Source of the DNA: Gemmatimonadota bacterium
GTDB taxonomy: Bacteria > Gemmatimonadota > Gemmatimonadetes > Gemmatimonadales > GWC2-71-9
Direction of reading: 5' to 3'
DNA length: 12,132 bases
Assembly: GCA_039588295.1 (NCBI GenBank)
Contig: JBDHAB010000069.1
Location: 1 to 12,132 of the forward strand
The notes beneath the pieces are model-generated. The model did not search any database, was not told the origin of the DNA, and worked only from the letters and a program-made list of their open reading frames with translations. Numbering within the stretch: position 1 is the stretch's first letter; each line of letters starts with the position of its first letter. The position numbers were made by a program, and so were the translations under genes. Shown here in pieces: positions 6,489-12,132 of the stretch.

Positions 6489-7688
6489 ATGACCAAGAAG
6501 ACGATGATTCTCGGAGGTACCGTTTTGGCATTGGCGATCGTCATCGCCGGCATCGTGACCGGCTTTCCACCCGGGGGCGACGAAGCCGGTACGATCGGCG
6601 GGGTCGAGGAGGCGGCGCGGTACAAGGGCCGTCTTATGACCGAGGCCGACGTGACCCTCGAGAATCCCGAGGTCGCGGTGCTGTTCCAGAACGATCAGGT
6701 CCTACGCCTGGTCAAGAGCGATGTGTTCCGCGAAGTGATGCGGAGTGAGGCCTACCGGGAGCTCATGGCCAGCGAGGCCTATCGAGAGGTCATGGCCAGT
6801 GATGCCTACCGGGAGGTCATGGCCAGCGAGGCCTATCGGGAGGTCATGGCCAGTGATGCCTATCGGGAGGTCATGGCCAGCGAGGCCTATCGGGAGGTCA
6901 TGGCCAGTGACGCCTACCGGGAGGTCATGGCCAGTGAAGCCCACCGGGAGGTCATGGCCAGTGACGCCTACCGGGAGGTCATGGCCAGTGAAGCCCACCG
7001 GGAGGTCATGGCCAGCGAAGCCTACCGGGAGGTCATGGCCAGCGAGGCGTACCGCGAGATGCAGGCCAGCGAGGCCTATCGCCGGCTCCTGGCCAACGAG
7101 GCCTTCCGCGACCTGCAGGCACAAGGGGCGTTCCGCGACCTGCAGGCCACCGAAGCCATGCGCGAGCTAGAAGCCAACGCGGCGTTCCGCAACCTGCAGG
7201 CCAACGCGGCGTTCCGCGACCTACAGGCCAACGCGGCGTTCCGCGCCCTACAGGCCAACGCGGCGTTCCGCAACCTGCAGGCCAACGCGGCGTTCCGCGC
7301 CCTACAGGCCAACGCGGCGTTCCGCGCCCTGCAGGCCAACGCGGCGTTCCGCGCCCTGCAGGCCAACGCGGTGTTCCGCGCCCTGCAGGCCAACGCGGCG
7401 TTCCGCGCCCTACAGGCCAACGCGGCGTTCCGCGACCTGCAGGCCAACGCGGTGTTCCGCGACCTGCAGGCCAACGCGGCGTTCCGCGCCCTACAGGCCA
7501 ACGCGGCGTTCCGCGCCCTACAGGCCAACGCGGCGTTCCGCGAGATACAGTCCATGGAGGCGTTCCGCGACCTGCAGGCCATGGACGCGTTCCGCCAGCT
7601 CCAGGCGAACGAGGTCTTCCGATCCCTCTCCAGAAGCCAGGAGCTGTCGGAAGTGTTCATGAAGGAGGCCATGCGCATCGCGCGCTGA
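6489..7688 (+). CDS. Exported or membrane-anchored hypothetical protein with 38 tandem 9-aa repeats
   Basis: Strong SD AAGGAGG before the ATG; 399 aa. N-terminal MTKK plus hydrophobic ILGGTVLALAIVIAGIVTG. Residues 58-399 divide exactly into 38 nonamers (AS[ED]AYREVM type, then ANAAFR[ADN]LQ type). Several differences between DNA units are synonymous in this frame (agc/agt, tat/tac, cta/ctg), supporting it as the coding frame. Confidence 0.9.
   Translation: MTKKTMILGGTVLALAIVIAGIVTGFPPGGDEAGTIGGVEEAARYKGRLMTEADVTLENPEVAVLFQNDQVLRLVKSDVFREVMRSEAYRELMASEAYREVMASDAYREVMASEAYREVMASDAYREVMASEAYREVMASDAYREVMASEAHREVMASDAYREVMASEAHREVMASEAYREVMASEAYREMQASEAYRRLLANEAFRDLQAQGAFRDLQATEAMRELEANAAFRNLQANAAFRDLQANAAFRALQANAAFRNLQANAAFRALQANAAFRALQANAAFRALQANAVFRALQANAAFRALQANAAFRDLQANAVFRDLQANAAFRALQANAAFRALQANAAFREIQSMEAFRDLQAMDAFRQLQANEVFRSLSRSQELSEVFMKEAMRIAR
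6714..7631 (+). repeat. Coding 27-bp tandem repeat array with two homogeneous blocks
   Basis: Block A, about 6768-7037, unit gccag(c/t)gaNgcc(t/c)a(c/t)cgggaggtcatg. Block B, about 7173-7550, unit gccaacgcgg(c/t)gttccgc(gcc/gac/aac)ct(a/g)cag. Confidence 0.97.
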
Positions 7689-7735
7689 CGGTGAAGCGCG
7701 GGACGCGCCCGCCTGTCCAGGTTTGATTGGGCCCC

Positions 7736-7780
7736 CGCGGTGATCCCGGCTCGAGACTCACCAGAGCTGGGATCACCGCG
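7736..7780 (+). promoter_or_regulatory. Strong intercistronic stem-loop without a U-tract (mRNA stabiliser or attenuator)
   Basis: cgcggtgatcccggctc-gagactcacca-gagctgggatcaccgcg: 17-bp stem with one G-U and an 11-nt loop, between the repeat gene and the outer-membrane gene. Confidence 0.7.
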
Positions 7781-7806
7781 TACATTCTCCCCTTGGTGCA
7801 CTGACA

Positions 7807-10800
7807 ATGAATCGACTCCGATTCATGGGGAGAGTCTGCCGCGCGGGCGGGTGCCTCGGTGATCTGACCGACCCTACCCTGGGCGGGGCGGCCTTCGGAC
7901 GCATCTCGGAGGTCCTGGCGCTCCTCGCGTGCGTATGGACGTTTGCACCTTCCGATCTCGCCGGGCAGTTTCAGACGCGCGAGACCGGCAACATGCGGCT
8001 GGTGTATACCTCTCCGCTTCAATCCCACCTCGTACGCCAGGTAGGCAGAAGCTTCGAGAATTCACTGCAATTCTACCGCGACCTCTTCGAGTACACGCCA
8101 CCGGGCAAGATCAACGTGCTGATGCACGACCTGTGGCACTACGGCAACGCCGGTGCGCGTCCGGTTCCGGAAAACCACATCACCGTTGGGATTGCGCCGT
8201 ACGCCCACGTGTACGAGTCCGCTCCTGCAAACGAGCGAATGGGTTCCTCCTTCAACCACGAGATGGCCCACATCGTCACGGTGGACAAGGCTACCGCGTC
8301 TGACCGGTTCTTCCGATCGGTGTTCTTCGGCAAGGTCACACCCAACGCTGAAGAACCCCTGTCCATGCTTTACAGCTACCTGACCACGCCACGGTGGTAT
8401 TCACCGCGGTGGTATCTGGAAGGGATCGCGGTGTATCTGGAAACGTGGATGAACGGGGGATTGGGACGCGTCATCGGCGCCTACGATGAGATGGTGTTTC
8501 GCACCCTCGTGCGTGACAGCGGCACCATCTACGACGTCGTCGGGTTGGAGTCGGAAGGAACGACCATCGACTTCCAGGTAGGAGTGAACTCCTACCTCTA
8601 CGGAACGCGCTTCATCAGCTATCTGGCTCTTCAATACGGAAACGACAGCCTGCTGGCATGGTTCAATCGCACGGAAGGCAGCAAGAGCTACTTCTCCAGG
8701 CAGTTTCGGGAAGTGTACGGAAGATCGCTCGAAGACGAGTGGTCGCGATGGATCGAGTGGGAGCGAGAGTGGCAGCGAGCCAACCTGGAGGCGATCAGAC
8801 AGAACCCGACTACCGCATTCCGCCCGCTCACGGAGCAAGCACTTGGATCGGTGTCTCGGGCGTATTTCGACTCGTCGAATCGGAAGATGTACGTGGCTGT
8901 TCGGTACCCAGGGCAAGTCGCCCACATCGCCGCGATTGACCTCGAGTCGGGTACCCTCGAACCTGTGAGGGAGGTCCTCGGCGCATCTGGATTCTACGTG
9001 ACTGCCTTGGCGTTCGATGCAACATCGAGGACCCTGTTTTACACCACCAACAACGCCGATTGGCGTCACCTCGTCGCGTTGGACTTGGAGACCGGTCGGT
9101 TCGAGGTCCTGCTCAGGGACGTGCGGGTTGGCGATCTCGTCTTCAACCCAGCGGACCGGTCGCTCTGGGGAGTCCGGCATGACAACGGGTGGTCGACATT
9201 GGTCCGCATCCCGCCTCCCTACGAGGAGTGGAATCAGATCCAGACCTTACCCTACGGGGAGGATCTGTTCGACCTGGATATCTCGCCGGACGGATCGATC
9301 CTGATCGGCTCGATGTCCGAGATTAGTGGTCGTCAGCGGCTGGTGAAAATGGACGTGGCGGCTCTCGTGGAAGAACGTGAACGGTACGGTGATCTACCAG
9401 ACACCACCTACGAGGTCCTAACCGACGAGTTTGATGTTTGGCCACCGTCGAACTTCGTGTTCTCCCCGGATGGGCGGTACCTGTTTGGTTCCTCCTATAA
9501 GTCAGGTGTCTCCAACATCTTCCGCTATGACTTGAACGCGGACACCCTGGAAGCCCTGAGTAACGCGGAGACCGGCTTCTTCAGACCAGTCCCCGTATCC
9601 GACGACTCCGTTGTCGTGTTCCGGTATACCGCCCGAGGATTCGTCCCGTCGATGATCCCGAACCAGGTCCCCGACAGCGTGAGCGCGATACGCTTTCTGG
9701 GCAACGAGATTGCCTTTGAACGGACCGTGGTGCAGTCATGGGAGCTGCCGTCCGCTTCGCGCATCAACCTGGACTCGCTCACGACGTCGAGAGGGACCTA
9801 CCGGTCGCTAGGCCACTTCAAGTTGGATAACGCGTATCCCATCGTGGAAGGGTATGAGGATGCGGCCGGCACCTACGCCGTAGCCGGCGGCATGCGGTTG
9901 AACTTCTCCGATCGGATTGGCACGACGGCTCTCGACCTGAGCGCGTCGTACTCTCCCCACGGGGGCCTGGCGCCTGCTGAGCGCCTCCACCTGAGCGCGG
10001 ACTTCCACCATTGGAACTGGCGAGTATCCGCAGTCCTGAACCCAGCCGACTTCTACGACCTCTTCGGGCCCACGAAGACGAGTCGCAAAGGGTATGGGCT
10101 GGCGCTGCGATATCAGAACAACCTCTTCCTCGATGGCCCGAAGAGTCTGGGGTACTCACTGCAACTGGCGGGGTATGGCGGCCTGGAGACCGTACCGGAG
10201 TACCAGAACGTGACGGCTTCGTTCGACAAGCTCCTGTCGTTCTCCGCCAACCTCGAGTATGGATCCCTCAGGAGCTCCCTCGGGGCCATCGACCACGAAC
10301 TGGGAACCACGTGGGGTTTGACACTCCGAAGCAACTATGTCGACGGGTCGCTGTACCCCCGCCTGAACCTGGACGTTTCCAGGGGGTTCTTGCTTCCCCT
10401 GAACCACTCGTCGCTGTGGCTCAGAGGCTCGGCGGGGGCGGCGCTGGCAGGGGACCGAAACGAGCCGTTTGCCAACTTCTTCTTCGGAGGCTTCGGCAAT
10501 AATTGGGTGGACTACCGGGCCATCCGGCAGTTCCGCAACACCGAGAGCTTCCCCGGCATCGAGATCAACGAAGTCGGCGGCGCCAACTACGGAAGAGTTC
10601 AATTGGAGTGGATGTTGCCGCCCCTCCGATTTCGCCGCGTCGGGATTCCGAGCTTCTACCTCCGGTGGGCCGGGCTGTCGTTCTTCGCTACGGGCCTCAT
10701 GACCAACGTCGATGAGGCGGTGACCCGACGTACGATCGCGAGCGTGGGCGCGCAACTCGACCTCCGATTGGTCACGCTCTCCCATCTCAACTCCACGTTC

Positions 10801-10878
10801 TCAATCGGGTTCGCCGTGACCCGTGAGCAGGGGGTCCCGCTAAGGTCCCAATTGATGCTGTCGTTCAAGATCCTGTGA
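7807..10878 (+). CDS. Large outer-membrane protein: gluzincin-type (peptidase MA-like) zinc metallopeptidase + TolB/PD40-like beta-propeller + C-terminal Omp85/BamA-like beta-barrel
   Basis: 1023 aa; exact start uncertain. Signal-like VLALLACVWTFAPSDLAG/QF. HEMAH (8257-8271) followed by PRWYLEGIAVYLE (from 8404). Propeller blades DLVFNPAD, LDISPDGSILI and FVFSPDGRYLF..S...GVSNIFRYDL. C-terminal amphipathic strands with FFFGG...GG.NY....LEW.LPPL and ASVGAQL. Confidence 0.8.
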   Translation: MNRLRFMGRVCRAGGCLGDLTDPTLGGAAFGRISEVLALLACVWTFAPSDLAGQFQTRETGNMRLVYTSPLQSHLVRQVGRSFENSLQFYRDLFEYTPPGKINVLMHDLWHYGNAGARPVPENHITVGIAPYAHVYESAPANERMGSSFNHEMAHIVTVDKATASDRFFRSVFFGKVTPNAEEPLSMLYSYLTTPRWYSPRWYLEGIAVYLETWMNGGLGRVIGAYDEMVFRTLVRDSGTIYDVVGLESEGTTIDFQVGVNSYLYGTRFISYLALQYGNDSLLAWFNRTEGSKSYFSRQFREVYGRSLEDEWSRWIEWEREWQRANLEAIRQNPTTAFRPLTEQALGSVSRAYFDSSNRKMYVAVRYPGQVAHIAAIDLESGTLEPVREVLGASGFYVTALAFDATSRTLFYTTNNADWRHLVALDLETGRFEVLLRDVRVGDLVFNPADRSLWGVRHDNGWSTLVRIPPPYEEWNQIQTLPYGEDLFDLDISPDGSILIGSMSEISGRQRLVKMDVAALVEERERYGDLPDTTYEVLTDEFDVWPPSNFVFSPDGRYLFGSSYKSGVSNIFRYDLNADTLEALSNAETGFFRPVPVSDDSVVVFRYTARGFVPSMIPNQVPDSVSAIRFLGNEIAFERTVVQSWELPSASRINLDSLTTSRGTYRSLGHFKLDNAYPIVEGYEDAAGTYAVAGGMRLNFSDRIGTTALDLSASYSPHGGLAPAERLHLSADFHHWNWRVSAVLNPADFYDLFGPTKTSRKGYGLALRYQNNLFLDGPKSLGYSLQLAGYGGLETVPEYQNVTASFDKLLSFSANLEYGSLRSSLGAIDHELGTTWGLTLRSNYVDGSLYPRLNLDVSRGFLLPLNHSSLWLRGSAGAALAGDRNEPFANFFFGGFGNNWVDYRAIRQFRNTESFPGIEINEVGGANYGRVQLEWMLPPLRFRRVGIPSFYLRWAGLSFFATGLMTNVDEAVTRRTIASVGAQLDLRLVTLSHLNSTFSIGFAVTREQGVPLRSQLMLSFKIL

Positions 10879-11885
10879 CGGTCGTCGTTGCGGTTGCGGT
10901 CAGTGTCCTACCGGTCTTTCTGTTTCTTGGGGCACTGGTTCTCATCGACAGCTATAAGCTCGTCGCACTGCGAGCGATCCTGCTCTCGGTGTTGGCGGGA
11001 GCGCTCGCCGCCCTCGCAAGCTACGGGGTGAACATCTGGCTCCGATACGCCCTCGGTCTGGATGTGGCCCGATACTCCATGTACGTGGCACCCATTGTGG
11101 AGGAATCGCTCAAGGCCACCTTCGTCATCTATCTGCTACGGTCGAGCAAGGTGGGATTTGTCGTGGACGCGGCCATCCACGGATTCGCCATCGGAACCGG
11201 CTTCGCATTCCTGGAGAACCTCTACTATCTGCAGACGAATCCCGACGCGACGCTCTGGACGTGGACCGTGAGAGGGTTCGGCACCGCAATCATGCACGGC
11301 GGCACGACGGCTATCGTGGCGATGGTCTCCAAGACGTTCCACAACCGACTCGATCGCTTCGGCCCTCACCTCCTCCTGCCGGGTCTCGGTGTGGCCGTGG
11401 TTCTGCACTCGTTGTACAACCACTTCTTGTTGCATCCCCTCCTGGCAACCGCGCTGATCGTCTTGGTCTTTCCGTACCTCAGCATCGCGGTCTTCCAGCA
11501 CAGTGAACGAGAGACGAGAGCATGGCTTGGAGCGGGTTTCGACACGGACCAGGAGCTGCTGCGGGTCATTCGCTCGGGGCACATCTCGGAGACCCCTGTC
11601 GGGAGGTACCTGAAAACCCTGCGCAGCAGCTTCCCCGCAGAGGTGATCGTCGACATGTTGTGCCTCCTGCGGTTGCACGCCGAGCTCTCTATCCGCGCGA
11701 AGGGCGTCTTGATGATGCGTGAGGCCGGGTTCGATGCCGCGCCGGATCCGAGCCTGAAAGACACCTTCGAGGAGCTGCGGTACCTGGAGAAGAGCATCGG
11801 CAGGACGGGGCTGCTCGCCATAGATCCGTTCCTCCACACCAGCACGCGGGACCTGTGGCAACTCCACATGCTCAACGAAATGTAG
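10875..11885 (+). CDS. PrsW-family glutamic-type intramembrane protease with a soluble C-terminal extension of about 130 aa
   Basis: GTG overlaps the upstream TGA (GTGA); 336 aa, multi-TM. All four PrsW motifs are present: APIVEESLK, GFAFLENLYY, RGFGTAIMH and AVVLHSLYN. Confidence 0.92.
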   Translation: MTVVVAVAVSVLPVFLFLGALVLIDSYKLVALRAILLSVLAGALAALASYGVNIWLRYALGLDVARYSMYVAPIVEESLKATFVIYLLRSSKVGFVVDAAIHGFAIGTGFAFLENLYYLQTNPDATLWTWTVRGFGTAIMHGGTTAIVAMVSKTFHNRLDRFGPHLLLPGLGVAVVLHSLYNHFLLHPLLATALIVLVFPYLSIAVFQHSERETRAWLGAGFDTDQELLRVIRSGHISETPVGRYLKTLRSSFPAEVIVDMLCLLRLHAELSIRAKGVLMMREAGFDAAPDPSLKDTFEELRYLEKSIGRTGLLAIDPFLHTSTRDLWQLHMLNEM

Positions 11886-12029
11886 CCGTGGCCGCCATCG
11901 AACCGGCATGGGATGAAGGAAGGGTGAAGGAACCACGGATGCTCTAGCCGCACCCCCCGCCAACTCGTATCTTTTGCCATCCACCACTGCCATTGATGAT
12001 GGGTACCGACTTAGGATCCAGCCCGGCGC

Positions 12030-12056
12030 CGACAGCGTCGTACACCGACGCTGTCG
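12030..12056. promoter_or_regulatory. Perfect 11-bp inverted repeat (hairpin or operator)
   Basis: cgacagcgtcg-tacac-cgacgctgtcg; no U-tract on either strand. Confidence 0.55.
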
Positions 12057-12096
12057 AGGCATTCGGCAGCCACGGAAACTGACCGGAGCCTGTCGC

Positions 12097-12132
12097 ATGA
12101 CCAACCCGCCTCCGCGCAAACCCTCGGACGCG
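12097..12132 (+). CDS. Possible 5' end of the next gene, truncated by the window edge
   Basis: GGAG at 12085-12088, ATG at 12097, open to the end of the window (MTNPPPRKPSDA). Too short to identify. Confidence 0.35.
   Translation, partial: MTNPPPRKPSDA

Noticed and set aside
6714..7631. CRISPR array
   Set aside because: The 27-bp units are contiguous with no unique spacers, stay in frame within an SD-led ORF, and no cas genes are present.
6489..7688. Multi-core RiPP precursor processed by the neighbouring peptidase
   Set aside because: No tailoring enzyme (radical SAM, YcaO, P450, LanM) or ABC exporter is in the window, there are no spacer or cleavage motifs between units, and the amphipathic helical periodicity fits a structural repeat better. 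Not fully excluded.
6702..7807. Alternative repetitive ORFs (6702-7124 minus, 6745-7170 plus, 7076-7807 minus)
   Set aside because: Shadow frames that stay open because the repeat unit is a multiple of 3 and lacks stops. The 6489 frame has the SD, the export signal and synonymous variation.
11136..12119. 327-aa minus-strand ORF and other long antisense ORFs (695-1381, 2269-3054, 4365-5057, 8401-9180, 10156-10785)
   Set aside because: Antisense shadows of well-supported genes, expected in high-GC DNA; no recognisable motifs.

Overview
GC-rich bacterial DNA, probably from a diderm because it encodes a Tat signal, a periplasmic-type anti-sigma domain and a predicted outer-membrane beta-barrel. 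The phylum cannot be fixed from the sequence. Left part (1-3454): 3' end of a floA/yqfA flotillin-like gene, a Tat-signal DUF362 gene bracketed by heptamer-repeat tracts, and a DUF47 + PiT phosphate-transport operon whose pit gene carries a +1 frameshift. That operon is flanked by 48-bp direct repeats (43/48 identical) whose reverse complement ends like a tRNA 3' end. The second copy is followed by an AT-richer, att-site-like stretch: an IHF-like motif, two tracts of 10-bp-phased TTGC and a 12-bp-spaced direct repeat. Right part (3916-11885), the best candidate for an undescribed system: an RsbW-like kinase + STAS pair is transcribed divergently from a co-oriented cluster. That cluster encodes an ECF sigma factor, a membrane anti-sigma factor, an exported protein of 38 in-register 9-aa repeats (an acidic block then a basic block), a 1023-aa zinc peptidase / beta-propeller / Omp85-like barrel protein, and a translationally coupled PrsW-family intramembrane protease with an extra C-terminal domain. 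All family calls come from motif recognition by eye; no searches were run.
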